DNA of 21,497 nt from an uncultured bacterium (GCA_964591275.1 CAZQAE010000078.1:1-21497), one strand, 5' to 3'; counted from the stretch's first letter, positions 1 through 8,416 are shown. Notes: a model not told the origin generated them from the letters alone. Program-made: numbers and translations.

Positions 1-243
1 CGTTTTCTGCTGGCGGAGTGCTATTTCCAACTTGGCGACCATTCACAAGCCGCGCGGGAATATGCTATTGTCATCGCCAAGGGCGCGGGACCATTCGCCG
101 CGCGTTCGACTCTTCGTAGCGCACAATGTTTTCGGCTGCAGGGTCGTATTGATAAATCTAGGCAAATGTATAATAAAGTTATTGCGCTCTACCCCGGCTC
201 GGAAGAGTTCAGAATTGCAACTGCGGAAATGTCGAGACTGTAA
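1..243 (+). CDS. 3' end of a tetratricopeptide-repeat protein (YbgF/CpoB-like); the 5' end lies outside the window
   Basis: Frame-1 translation reads ...RFLLAECYFQLGDHSQAAREYAIVIAKGAGPFAARSTLRSAQCFRLQGRIDKSRQMYNKVIALYPGSEEF... and ends at TAA 241-243. The pattern (aromatic-x-x-LG...A...Y..V...YP.S) is TPR-like and resembles YbgF C-termini. It is absent from the ORF track because it has no in-window start codon. Confidence 0.55.
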   Translation, partial: RFLLAECYFQLGDHSQAAREYAIVIAKGAGPFAARSTLRSAQCFRLQGRIDKSRQMYNKVIALYPGSEEFRIATAEMSRL

Positions 244-271
244 CGGTGTAAACCCGATGAGGAGTCCTTCA

Positions 272-1297
272 ATGCGAAACAAGCACACCATCACGATCAT
301 AGCAATGGTCGCCGCGCTCGGCCTGTTGGCCGCCACGTCATGGGCCATCTCCCAAAAGCCGGTGTCCAAGGTCGTCATGGAAACGACTGTCTTGGATTAC
401 ACGGTTTCCACAGGCGATACCCTGTGGGACATTGCAACCACCTACTATGGCGATCCGTGGCTATGGCCCCTGATCTGGGAACTCAACCCGAAGATCAAGA
501 ACCCGCAATGGATTTTCCCCGACCAAAAAATAAAAATCAAACTGGAACAGGGCCGGGAATACGTCTTTGAGGCCAAGAGCATGGAAGCTCTCTTTTACGC
601 GCCGGAGGACTGGTGGGACCCAACCTTCTATTACAACACGAAATCCAACGCCCTGGATTTCATCAGCAAGGCGACTTTCGAGCAGGCCGGTGAAATAGTC
701 GATCAATATGACGACGAAGAAATTCTGGGCACACACGACAAGGTGAGATTCACGATGAGTGAAAACGCCAACGTCCAGATTGGCGATATCTTCACTATTT
801 TCAGAACCAAACGGAAGGTCAAGCATCCGACGAAAGGCGATTATCTGGGATACATCGTTGATGTGCTGGGCGAAATCGACACATCCAAAGCGACGACCCT
901 TGAAACGGGGCGCATTGTTTACGAAGGCGACATTAAGAACGCTTCCGCAGAAATCAGCATGGGCGACAGAATCATTTTCATGCCACGCGACGAGTATACC
1001 GTCACCTTGAACAAAACGAGTCTGGACCTTAAGGGCGCTGTCATTGGATTCGAGGACGGACGCACATATTTTGGCCAGCACGATAATGTCTACATCGATC
1101 TGGGACTCAAGGACGGCCTTGAAGTCGGCAACAGCTTTTCCATTTGGAGAGAAAGCAAGAACAAAAAAAAGCTGCCGGGATATTTCGTCGGCAACCTGAT
1201 CGTTTTGCATGTCGAACCAAACGTTTCAACGGCTCTGGTCACGAACTCTTTGTATGACCTGCATATTGGGGACTCAATTCAAAGCGATATCGAATAG
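272..1297 (+). CDS. LysM domain-containing secreted protein
   Basis: The ORF-track ORF is 32-1297. The N-terminal MRNKHTITIIAMVAALGLLAATSWA is a signal peptide, so the start is the ATG at 272 or 257. A LysM-like segment (DYTVSTGDTLWDIATTYYGDPWLWPLIWELNPKI) follows, then about 270 aa of unknown domain. The antisense ORF 461-1210 is rejected. Confidence 0.8.
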   Translation: MRNKHTITIIAMVAALGLLAATSWAISQKPVSKVVMETTVLDYTVSTGDTLWDIATTYYGDPWLWPLIWELNPKIKNPQWIFPDQKIKIKLEQGREYVFEAKSMEALFYAPEDWWDPTFYYNTKSNALDFISKATFEQAGEIVDQYDDEEILGTHDKVRFTMSENANVQIGDIFTIFRTKRKVKHPTKGDYLGYIVDVLGEIDTSKATTLETGRIVYEGDIKNASAEISMGDRIIFMPRDEYTVTLNKTSLDLKGAVIGFEDGRTYFGQHDNVYIDLGLKDGLEVGNSFSIWRESKNKKKLPGYFVGNLIVLHVEPNVSTALVTNSLYDLHIGDSIQSDIE

Positions 1298-1311
1298 CAA
1301 AACAAAAAGTT

Positions 1312-1365
1312 AAAAAAAAACCGGGCGAGGCTTTTCAAAATTTCCTGCCCGGTTTTGTTATTTTA
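1312..1365. terminator. Bidirectional rho-independent terminator between the convergent LysM gene and glgA
   Basis: An A9 run (1312-1320) is followed by the hairpin CCGGGCGAGG...CCTGCCCGG (1321-1352) and then TTTTGTTATTTT (1353-1365). A T-run is therefore present for both transcription directions. Confidence 0.6.
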
Positions 1366-2973
1366 TCGGTCGAGATAAATGTCGCGGATATACTTTTGGG
1401 CCGTATTGGACCAAAGAAAACGAACTTGCGATGCCTCAAGGCCGATTCTCCTCCATGCTTTTTTGTCATGGAAGAAAAGGCCCATTGCCGTCTTGAAGGT
1501 TTCAGTCATTCCATCGACCTTTTCCACGATGCTCGAACCGTCGAAAGCAAATCCATCGATCCCATGGCGCACTGTGTCCTTCAATCCCCCGATGTGATGC
1601 ACAAGAGCAGGTTGCCCGGCGCGCATGGAATAGAGTTGGCTGATCCCGCAGGGTTCGTACAAGCTGGGCATCAAAAACAAATCCCCGGATGTGTATAATC
1701 GCCTAGCGACGGCCTCCGAATAGTCTCTGATAAAGAGAAAGTTTTCGTGGCGTTTCATGGCCTCGTCCAACTTCTCTTCCAGTTCCCGGACTCCGATGCC
1801 CTGGACGATCAGCACGCCGCCGCGCTCGGCCAGAAGCTCCAGCGTGGATTCGAGTCCCGTTTTCCCGTCGCTTCCTTCTCCCAGGAAAAGCCTGAGTTTC
1901 TGATCCACGATCCGGCCAATGCAGGTCGCGATAAACTTCACGCGACGACTCTTCCATTTCTGAATCCGCTCCAAAGATTGTTGCCGCGAAGCAAATACGC
2001 CGTCAGTCCAGTTAACTTCCGCGAGCCTCGCAAGATTTTTTTCGATGTGCGCCCTCAACTTCGAGAACGGCCATCGGGGAAGCGCGCCGCCGTTTGAATA
2101 ATCTATGCCGTTGAGGATACCGAACAAACGCCCCTTGTCCTCAACGCTTTGAAGAATGCTCTCGAGCCCCTCACCGCCGGAATATCCGTGCACGTGATCC
2201 GAAGGCGTTAAAATCTCCAGCGCGTAACTTGGGGAGACCGTATTGACCACATCCGCCAAGGCGATCCCCGCAGCCATCGGAGTATAGCAGGGCATATCGT
2301 ATCGCCGGTCCACATAGCGGGAGAAAACTCGGGAACGAAGGTCGTCTTGAGAATCATCAAACTCGGGAAACCACGCCAGCAGAGAGGACTCATCCCCCTG
2401 CATCGGACGAGTACCCTGTAAGGCGAGGTTATGAATTGTGAAAACGGTTTTTATTTTCTGCAAAGAAGCGAAGTTGGGATGAATATCACGAAGCAGAAGC
2501 AGCGTCGCTGCGTGCCAATCATGACAATGAATGATGTCTATATTTTTAAAAGCTCCAACGCCGTCAGCGATCAGGCAACCGACCGCGCTGCAGAACATGG
2601 CGAATTTTGAAGCATCCGTCGCAAAGGGACGATGCCCCAAATCATGCGAATAAATGGGATCGCCTCGAATCCACATATTCTCGACGACAAAATGCGATAC
2701 ATTCTTTTCCGGTTTTGTGGCCCTGACTTTATATATTGCAGCTTCTTCCCGCCTGCCGCAAAAAGGAAATTTTACAATCTGCTGGCTGCAAACTTTATTT
2801 TTTTTGTGCAAAAACCCATAGGAAGGGATAACCGTTGTCACCTTCATTCCTTCGTTGGCCAATGCGCCCGGAAGATGAGCGATAACGTCCCCGACTCCCC
2901 CGGCTTTCCCGCCCCTTAGCGCCCCATTTTCTGATGCGACGATAAGCACGCGTTTCGTAGACTTATACTCCAT
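1363..2973 (-). CDS. glgA: Glycogen synthase (ADP-glucose type, GT5)
   Basis: N-terminal VLIVASENGALRGGKAGGVGDV corresponds to the GlgA K-T-G-G-L-[GA]-D-V motif. HCHDWHAA, FTIHNLALQG and YEPCGISQLYSMRAGQPALVHHIGGLKDTV parallel E. coli GlgA segments. Product length is 536 aa. Confidence 0.85.
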   Translation of the reverse strand: MEYKSTKRVLIVASENGALRGGKAGGVGDVIAHLPGALANEGMKVTTVIPSYGFLHKKNKVCSQQIVKFPFCGRREEAAIYKVRATKPEKNVSHFVVENMWIRGDPIYSHDLGHRPFATDASKFAMFCSAVGCLIADGVGAFKNIDIIHCHDWHAATLLLLRDIHPNFASLQKIKTVFTIHNLALQGTRPMQGDESSLLAWFPEFDDSQDDLRSRVFSRYVDRRYDMPCYTPMAAGIALADVVNTVSPSYALEILTPSDHVHGYSGGEGLESILQSVEDKGRLFGILNGIDYSNGGALPRWPFSKLRAHIEKNLARLAEVNWTDGVFASRQQSLERIQKWKSRRVKFIATCIGRIVDQKLRLFLGEGSDGKTGLESTLELLAERGGVLIVQGIGVRELEEKLDEAMKRHENFLFIRDYSEAVARRLYTSGDLFLMPSLYEPCGISQLYSMRAGQPALVHHIGGLKDTVRHGIDGFAFDGSSIVEKVDGMTETFKTAMGLFFHDKKAWRRIGLEASQVRFLWSNTAQKYIRDIYLDR

Positions 2974-3113
2974 GTCGACCTTCCTTTGGAAACGAACAAA
3001 AAAACAAGACGCTTAAAGGATTGACTTGACTGTTTTTGTTGCGTGAACATTCCCCTCGACTTCACTATAGACGAAAATTGTCAGAATGAAAGAAAAAGCT
3101 GCCACCATTATTA

Positions 3114-3142
3114 TCGACAAACAGTCTTGTTTTTGATATTAT
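3114..3142 (+). promoter_or_regulatory. Sigma70-like promoter candidate for poly-Asp gene 1 (TCGACA-N17-TATTAT)
   Basis: TCGACA (3114-3119), a 17-nt spacer, then TATTAT (3137-3142). It lies 23 nt upstream of the GGAGGG RBS (3156-3161) and the ATG at 3165. Confidence 0.3.
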
Positions 3143-3164
3143 TTATTGAGAATTGGAGGGTGTC

Positions 3165-3809
3165 ATGGTCCATCTGAAATCACTGGTTTTTCTTTCCATC
3201 GTACTATTGCTGGCTCTGGGCGCTCTTCATTGCGACGATCCTGAAGTCGGCGATGATGATGACTCCTTTGTCGACGAGGACGACGACAATGATCTCAACG
3301 ACGATGTCGATGACGACATCGACGATGAGATCGACGATGATCTAAACGACGATATCGACGATGACCTCAATGACGACGCAGATGACGACGACATATGGGA
3401 CGACGATGTCGATGACGACGTGGATGATGACGCGGATGTGCTGGAGCCTCTTTGCCCCGCACTCCCATGGTCTGATGACACGGTGGAACTTCCCATCAGA
3501 TTGCAAAACGGTCCTGAACTGAGCGCATTTGGTTTCTCGGTGAGTTTCCCCAATTCGGCGATTAGTTATAGCGCTGTTCACAATGAAGCGCTTCTTCCGC
3601 CCAACAAAATTCGTTGCCAGGCCGAAGTCGCAAGACATGTCGTTTGCGTTGTCGATCCATTGCCGGCGCCATTAGCCGCCGGGACCAATGGTCTGATTGC
3701 GCGCATTGAATTCACTGTCAACGACAGTCCGGCCACCGCTTCGTTCCAGCTATATGACCTGTCCGGCGATTTGACGGAATACCCTAATTCCCAGTGCGAC
3801 AGTCAGTAG
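3165..3809 (+). CDS. Secreted or lipid-anchored poly-aspartate protein 1: signal peptide, Cys, a tract of about 68 aa that is more than 70% Asp, and a beta-rich C-terminal domain
   Basis: The ORF-track ORF is 3153-3809. The ATG at 3165 is preferred because of the GGAGGG RBS 4 nt upstream. The mature N-terminus is ...LLLALGALHC-DDPEVGDDDDSFVDEDDDNDLNDDVDDDIDDEIDDDLNDDIDDDLNDDADDDDIWDDDVDDDVDDDADV. The C-terminal roughly 125 aa may be a cohesin/Ig-like beta-sandwich (low confidence). Confidence 0.7.
   Translation: MVHLKSLVFLSIVLLLALGALHCDDPEVGDDDDSFVDEDDDNDLNDDVDDDIDDEIDDDLNDDIDDDLNDDADDDDIWDDDVDDDVDDDADVLEPLCPALPWSDDTVELPIRLQNGPELSAFGFSVSFPNSAISYSAVHNEALLPPNKIRCQAEVARHVVCVVDPLPAPLAAGTNGLIARIEFTVNDSPATASFQLYDLSGDLTEYPNSQCDSQ
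3234..3437 (+). repeat. Coding GAY-rich imperfect tandem repeat, including a 24-nt unit ATCGACGATGAYCTNAAYGACGAY repeated twice, that encodes the poly-Asp tract
   Basis: Direct reading of 3301-3430 shows repeated gacgat/gatgac units. The antisense strand yields spurious poly-Ser ORFs (3227-3553, 3342-3638). Confidence 0.8.
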
Positions 3810-3924
3810 TTTCGCCAAACCTGAGAAATAAGGATTGACGCTTCTCACACTTATAGGATCTCCCAGCACGTATCCCGCCGCAGATTTTGGATTGAAGGCA
3901 AGTGGCTACGGAGTGCTAAAGTAA

Positions 3925-5763
3925 TCAGGCTTTGTGAATTTTCCTGATTTCATCTCGGGCTTCGTCGCAATTGACGTTGAGTTCCAGCGATTTGATAAAA
4001 TACAATTCCGCGAAATCCACCTGGTTTTGAGCGGCGTTTATCTTGCCCAGAAACAAATAGGCCTGATATAGTTTCTGGTTAAAGTTCATTCCAGTCTTGA
4101 TGAGCTTTTCCGCCTCGCCGGCGCTTGATGCCCCCATAAGATTAAAGACGCACCAACCCTGGTAAACGTATGCTTCGGCGCATTCGGGATCTGCGGCGAT
4201 GGCTGCTTCCAATTGGGTTTTTGCTTCGGCAAAGTTCCCCTTGTCGATCAAGCGTTCGGCGGCTTGGACAAACGCCAAAGCGGAGTCCCCCGCTGCACCG
4301 ACGGCACCTGAAGGGATGTCCCCCGTTGAAGTCTCGGATTTCTCGTCCCCAAAATCCTCCATGCTCAAATCGGCTTTCGACTCGGATTCCTCGGGCGCAT
4401 CCTCCCCCCAAAGAGAATCCTCGGACACTTCCAGGCCGAGATCGTCGAGTTCCTGCAAGGCTTCTTCATCGGCGGTGCCGGATGTTTCGCTGTCCAGCTC
4501 AGCCTGCGCGCCATCGTCGGCGTCAAATTCTTCAAATTCAAATTCTGCTTCGTCCGGCACGGCCATTTCATCCCCGCTGCCCTTTTCGCTTTGCTTTTCA
4601 TCGGACAAAGATAAGGTTTGATCTTCCATCTCGAAAGCATCCGGTATGGACATCTGACCAAGAAGATCCGGCTTTTCCTTCGGAGATTCGGGCGCTGCTG
4701 GTTCGCTGGTGAGCGCTTCGGACGCTTGGGGCAGTGCGGACGCCGAAGCCTCCTCCTTTACGCTGGAAGCTATCGGCCTGACAAGAGGCTCAGACTCGGT
4801 CCTCATCGCCGCAGAGGGTTCCTCAATAGTTATTGACTCCCCTGATTTTTCAGATGCGACTCGTTTTTTCACCTCATCAACGCTCTTGAGCGCCTGGGCG
4901 ATAATGTCGTCTCCAATCGAAATTTCATAACCATCCTTCTTCACAGCAGCCTTCGCTTCGCGGTCCCGCTCCAGTTTTGTCTTTTGAGACACAGATTTTT
5001 CACCGCTTTTTTGAACACTTTCGGGAAAGCCGATGAAACCGAGTAGGAACATTCCATAAATGGTTTTATAGGCGACGCTCTTTTTCAGCTTGGTCAGAGC
5101 CACGATCTGGCGCAGAGTTCGGACGCCGTTAACGAGAGAATAAATTCTCGTGCCCGTCGGACCAAAGGCCAGGTCCTCTTCCCGATAAGGACAATCAGAT
5201 CTTTTGTGCAAAGGCGTCTCTTTGCGACCACGAAACTCTGCGGGAAGTTTTTGCAATGAGGCATAATCCCGAACACCAATATAAACCAGATTCGCGACAT
5301 CGATTTGCAATATTCTGTCTGCTTCCTCCACAATTTCACCGTCTTTAAAAAAGAAATCCCCTTCAGGCCACTCAAATACCTTGAAAAGCTTCAAGGTGAT
5401 ATGAGAATTGAGGGCCTCAAAAAGGGAGTGCGGCGTCAGATAACCTTTTTCCACAAGATAGGAACCTTGGCGACTGTCGCCCGCGCGCGTGTTTTTGAAC
5501 GAGATGTCGGCGATTTCCTGAGACACCTGCTTTTGCTGCACAAGGTATTCTCCCAGGCTATAGCCGGGGAAATGCGTGCTGGTCACGGCAGCAATTTTCC
5601 CTTGATTAAAATGAATGTGTATCTTTTTCGGACCCCTTGTCAAAGCGAGTATCCCCGTTTTCGATGACTGAAAAAGAATATTGAGGATTTTAGGAAAAGG
5701 AAGCTGCTGGAGCGAACCTTTAAGCGCATCGCGTTTAGGACGTTCAGTCATGGCTACCCACAT
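3925..5763 (-). CDS. DUF4388 (PatA-N-terminal-like) x2 protein with an acidic low-complexity central region and a C-terminal TPR
   Basis: LKGSLQQLPFPKILNILFQSSKTGILALTRGPKKIHIHFNQGKI matches the DUF4388 pattern (GdL..l.l.dlLq....ktG.L.......g.i.f..G.i). A second similar unit follows (TGTRIYSLVNG...). About 170 aa of D/E/S-rich sequence comes next. The C-terminus, KGNFAEAKTQLEAAIAADPECAEAYVYQGWCVF...YQAYLFLGKI, is TPR-like. The start is ambiguous (5763 or 5751) because neither has a Shine-Dalgarno sequence. Confidence 0.65.
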   Translation of the reverse strand: MWVAMTERPKRDALKGSLQQLPFPKILNILFQSSKTGILALTRGPKKIHIHFNQGKIAAVTSTHFPGYSLGEYLVQQKQVSQEIADISFKNTRAGDSRQGSYLVEKGYLTPHSLFEALNSHITLKLFKVFEWPEGDFFFKDGEIVEEADRILQIDVANLVYIGVRDYASLQKLPAEFRGRKETPLHKRSDCPYREEDLAFGPTGTRIYSLVNGVRTLRQIVALTKLKKSVAYKTIYGMFLLGFIGFPESVQKSGEKSVSQKTKLERDREAKAAVKKDGYEISIGDDIIAQALKSVDEVKKRVASEKSGESITIEEPSAAMRTESEPLVRPIASSVKEEASASALPQASEALTSEPAAPESPKEKPDLLGQMSIPDAFEMEDQTLSLSDEKQSEKGSGDEMAVPDEAEFEFEEFDADDGAQAELDSETSGTADEEALQELDDLGLEVSEDSLWGEDAPEESESKADLSMEDFGDEKSETSTGDIPSGAVGAAGDSALAFVQAAERLIDKGNFAEAKTQLEAAIAADPECAEAYVYQGWCVFNLMGASSAGEAEKLIKTGMNFNQKLYQAYLFLGKINAAQNQVDFAELYFIKSLELNVNCDEARDEIRKIHKA

Positions 5764-6101
5764 ATTTGAAAATGAGAATTATTTAAAACCCAAACCAAAT
5801 TTTATGTCGTGAAATAGGTCAATGTCAAGGGAGGATTAGGCCAAAATTGCCTGCCGGACAATTCCACGAAACGATCTCGTATTGTTAAATATTTGGCATA
5901 TTTCCCTCTTTTGTGAAATTTGCAATGCCTTAATCCGCACTTCGTTTTTGTAAGAGCAATTACGTAGTTTTATGACGTGGATCATGTTTTGTGACCATTC
6001 TAACATATATAAAGGGCGTGAGGATATCGGTTCGAGGTAAAAAATGGGAACCTCGAAAAAATGCGAAACATAAAAGGGAAGAAATTCAAAGGAGGCGCGC
6101 C

Positions 6102-6782
6102 ATGAAAATAGATGTTGATTTTTTTGATTCTGTTCAGCTTTTCAAAGGCCTTATTGGAAATGACGATCCGGAAATAGAATCGCTTATACAGCCTCTTTTC
6201 ATCAAGAAAAAGCAAGCTGCTTTCCGTCCCGGCGATCCATCGGATTCTATTTACGTCATCCGTTCAGGCCGCGTAAAAGTCGGAAAGACAACTGGGGATG
6301 GCCGTGAAATCATTCTCAATTTACTAAAAAAGGGAGATGTGTTCGGAGAAATGGCCTTCCTGGATGACGGGCCACGCGACACCTTCGCGGAAGGATTGGA
6401 GGACACGCAACTCTACGTCATCACCAGAGCGGGTCTTCTCAAGCTCATTAAGCGACGTCCCGCCATTACGTTTCGCTTGACGAAGATCATCGGCAAGCGT
6501 CGCAAGGAAGCGGAAAACAACATGGAAAGCCTACTCTACAAGGGCGTACGTGAACGCCTGGCTGGTTTACTGGTCCGCCTTTCCGAGGACTACGGCATAA
6601 ACGACAGCCGTGGGAGATTGCTTCGCATCAGGATCACGCATCAGGACCTGGCCAATCTCATTGGCTCAAGCCGTGAAACGGTCAGCCTGACCCTGGGCGA
6701 TTTTCGTCGGGAGGGGCATATCGACATCAATGACCGAAAAATCATCATCAGGAAAACGAACTCCCTGACCTCCGTGAATTAA
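6102..6782 (+). CDS. Crp/Fnr-family transcriptional regulator (cNMP-binding domain plus C-terminal HTH)
   Basis: The ORF-track ORF starts at 5991. AAAGGAGG (6089-6096) sits 5 nt before the ATG at 6102, so MKIDVDFFDSVQLFKGL is taken as the true N-terminus. The cNMP-binding motif is GDVFGEMAFLDDGPRDTFAEG. The HTH is ITHQDLANLIGSSRETVSLTLGDFRREG. Confidence 0.85.
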   Translation: MKIDVDFFDSVQLFKGLIGNDDPEIESLIQPLFIKKKQAAFRPGDPSDSIYVIRSGRVKVGKTTGDGREIILNLLKKGDVFGEMAFLDDGPRDTFAEGLEDTQLYVITRAGLLKLIKRRPAITFRLTKIIGKRRKEAENNMESLLYKGVRERLAGLLVRLSEDYGINDSRGRLLRIRITHQDLANLIGSSRETVSLTLGDFRREGHIDINDRKIIIRKTNSLTSVN

Positions 6783-6826
6783 ATCAACCGGGGTGTAAGA
6801 GCAGACAATCCTTTTGATCAGAAAAT

Positions 6827-6873
6827 CCCTTTTAAGGCGCCCAATGATTTGAGCGCCAAAAGGGTTTTTTATT
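6827..6873. terminator. Rho-independent terminator shared by the convergent crp-like and SPFH genes
   Basis: Hairpin CCCTTTT-aa-GGCGC-(loop caatgatttga)-GCGCC-AAAAGGG (6827-6864) followed by TTTTTTATT (6865-6873). The stop codon of the minus-strand SPFH gene (6869-6871) sits inside the T-run. Confidence 0.65.
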
Positions 6874-7669
6874 GTCCCAGGATGAGAGGAAGACCGTCTT
6901 TGCCCGCACCGACAACGACGACCTTGGCATTCGGACTTTGGGCGAGAGCCATTGTCGCCTCTATCCCCTTCCAGCGCAGAAGGTTTTCATTGATGCCGTC
7001 AGAAACGATGCGCTGAAAATCGGCGATGCCCTTGGCTTCCACAGTTTTGCGATCGGCTTCCAGCCTTTCCTTTTCCAATACGTATTTCATCTTCTCGGCT
7101 TCCTGCTTCATGGCCAGTTTGCGCTCGATAGCCTCCGTAACGGATTTCGGAAAATCCATATTACGCAGCATGATCGCTTCAATGACGACGCTTTTCCCTT
7201 TGAGTCTTTCATTCACGCTGTCGAAAATTTTCTTTTCGATCTCCGTGCGACGCAAATACGCCTCAATGCTTTGATAACTGGAGATCACGTCACGGGTTTG
7301 GTTGCGAATAACCGGTCGAATGAGAATTTCGTAATAGCCAGGTCCGATTTCCGAATGCAAAGTAGCAACTTTCCCCGCATCAGGTCGGAATCGAATTGAC
7401 AGGTCGGTGCTAATATTGAGCTGATCCTGGGTCAGGATGGAAAGCTTTTCCTGCTGATCCTTGATCCTCACATCGTAGATGTACATCCTGTTCCAGGGCG
7501 CAATCCAGTGCCACCCCTCGCCGTAGATCGTCGTCACGTCCGTTCCCGCGCGCCAGTTAAAATACACTCCCCGTCCCCCGGACGGCACGGTTGTGCCGCA
7601 GCCGGTCATGAACGAAACCAAGGTGATCAAAACGATAAGCATTGCTGCTTTTCTGATTGCCTGTGCCAT
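6869..7669 (-). CDS. SPFH/band-7 (prohibitin/HflC-like) domain lipoprotein
   Basis: The ORF-track ORF is 6869-7729. The ATG at 7669 has an AAGGAG RBS, giving MAQAIRKAAMLIVLITLVSFMTGC (signal peptide with a lipobox-like MTGC). The body has SPFH-like segments (SILTQDQLNISTDLSIRFR..., EAIMLRNMDFPKSVTEAIERK...) and an Ala/Glu/Lys-rich coiled-coil tail. Confidence 0.75.
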   Translation of the reverse strand: MAQAIRKAAMLIVLITLVSFMTGCGTTVPSGGRGVYFNWRAGTDVTTIYGEGWHWIAPWNRMYIYDVRIKDQQEKLSILTQDQLNISTDLSIRFRPDAGKVATLHSEIGPGYYEILIRPVIRNQTRDVISSYQSIEAYLRRTEIEKKIFDSVNERLKGKSVVIEAIMLRNMDFPKSVTEAIERKLAMKQEAEKMKYVLEKERLEADRKTVEAKGIADFQRIVSDGINENLLRWKGIEATMALAQSPNAKVVVVGAGKDGLPLILGQ

Positions 7670-7772
7670 GGCTGTCTCCTTATGGCGATTTATTCTCGCA
7701 CGGATTTTTTTGCTGCTCATATAACTCAATGAAAAGATGAGTCACCCCTTCTTGAACACAAGAAACAATTTC

Positions 7773-7801
7773 TTGCAAGTTTTCTGCAAAAGCCGGATAA
7801 T
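7773..7801 (+). promoter_or_regulatory. Sigma70-like promoter candidate for poly-Asp gene 2 (TTGCAA-N17-GATAAT)
   Basis: TTGCAA at 7773-7778, a 17-nt spacer, then GATAAT at 7796-7801. It lies about 27 nt upstream of the ATG at 7829. Confidence 0.4.
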
Positions 7802-7828
7802 GCCTTTTAGAAATATTTGGAGGTTATT

Positions 7829-8395
7829 ATGTCGGTTTATAAACTTCTCGTGCTTTTGACTCTTGCCTTTGTCGCGCTGGCGTGCTGCCTGAATTGCGGC
7901 GACGATGACGACGACAACGATGATGCCTTTTCACCGTATGACGATGATGACGATGTGAACGATGATTCGGATGACGATGACGACGCAGACGATGATATCG
8001 ACGATGATATCGACGACGATGACGTGGACGACGACGTCGATGATGACGACGACGACCAGGACGATCCCTCGTTGGAAAGTTTTGAAAACTCACTGTGCTT
8101 GAATCTGAAAGCAAACGAGCCGCAAAGCATTGACTTCGATTATTCCGACGATGTTCTGACAGTCATCCACCGCAACGGCGTTTTCAACTGCTGCCTGGAT
8201 TATGTCGATGTGGAAATGGTAATTTCAGAAATGACCATCACGCTCAATGAAAACGAATATGCGCCGGAGCCATGCAACTGCGTGTGCCCGACCGACGTCA
8301 CCTCCCGGATTTCAGGATTGGCGGCGGGTAATTACACGATTGACATTTTCGCCAACGGCAATTTAGCGATCAGCGGCGAAACAGTCATTCCCTAG
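7829..8395 (+). CDS. Secreted or lipid-anchored poly-aspartate protein 2: signal peptide, Cys, an Asp tract of about 55 aa, and a Cys-containing beta-rich C-terminal domain
   Basis: The ORF-track ORF is 7817-8395. The ATG at 7829 is preferred because of the GGAGG RBS at 7819-7823. Sequence reads MSVYKLLVLLTLAFVALACCLNCG-DDDDDNDDAFSPYDDDDDVNDDSDDDDDADDDIDDDIDDDDVDDDVDDDDDDQDDP, followed by a 105-aa C-terminal domain. The acidic tract is encoded at 7901-8065. The antisense ORFs 7827-8114 and 7837-8130 are artefacts. Confidence 0.7.
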   Translation: MSVYKLLVLLTLAFVALACCLNCGDDDDDNDDAFSPYDDDDDVNDDSDDDDDADDDIDDDIDDDDVDDDVDDDDDDQDDPSLESFENSLCLNLKANEPQSIDFDYSDDVLTVIHRNGVFNCCLDYVDVEMVISEMTITLNENEYAPEPCNCVCPTDVTSRISGLAAGNYTIDIFANGNLAISGETVIP

Positions 8396-8416
8396 TTGGG
8401 AATGCGAAATTCCGCA

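Noticed and set aside
461-1210. 249-aa minus-strand ORF inside the LysM gene
   Set aside because: It is fully antisense to a CDS with a signal peptide and LysM motif, and has no recognisable domains or RBS.
3227-3638. Minus-strand ORFs 3227-3553 (poly-Ser, 108 aa) and 3342-3638 (98 aa)
   Set aside because: They are the mirror image of the GAY repeat (GTC/ATC read antisense gives Ser- and Val/Ile-rich runs). They have no RBS and sit fully inside the better-supported poly-Asp CDS.
4170-4930. Plus-strand ORFs 4170-4712, 4199-4621, 4618-4836 and 4709-4930 within the DUF4388 gene
   Set aside because: They are antisense to the acidic low-complexity region and Pro/Arg/Ser-rich, which is typical of reverse-strand reading of GA-rich coding sequence.
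5991-6101. The 37-codon N-terminal extension of the Crp/Fnr ORF (ORF-track start 5991)
   Set aside because: A strong AAAGGAGG RBS precedes the internal ATG at 6102. The extension is Lys/Arg-rich with no domain and would place the RBS inside the coding sequence.
7827-8130. Minus-strand ORFs 7827-8114 (Arg/His-rich) and 7837-8130 (poly-Ser)
   Set aside because: Antisense low-complexity artefacts of the poly-Asp tract in gene 2.
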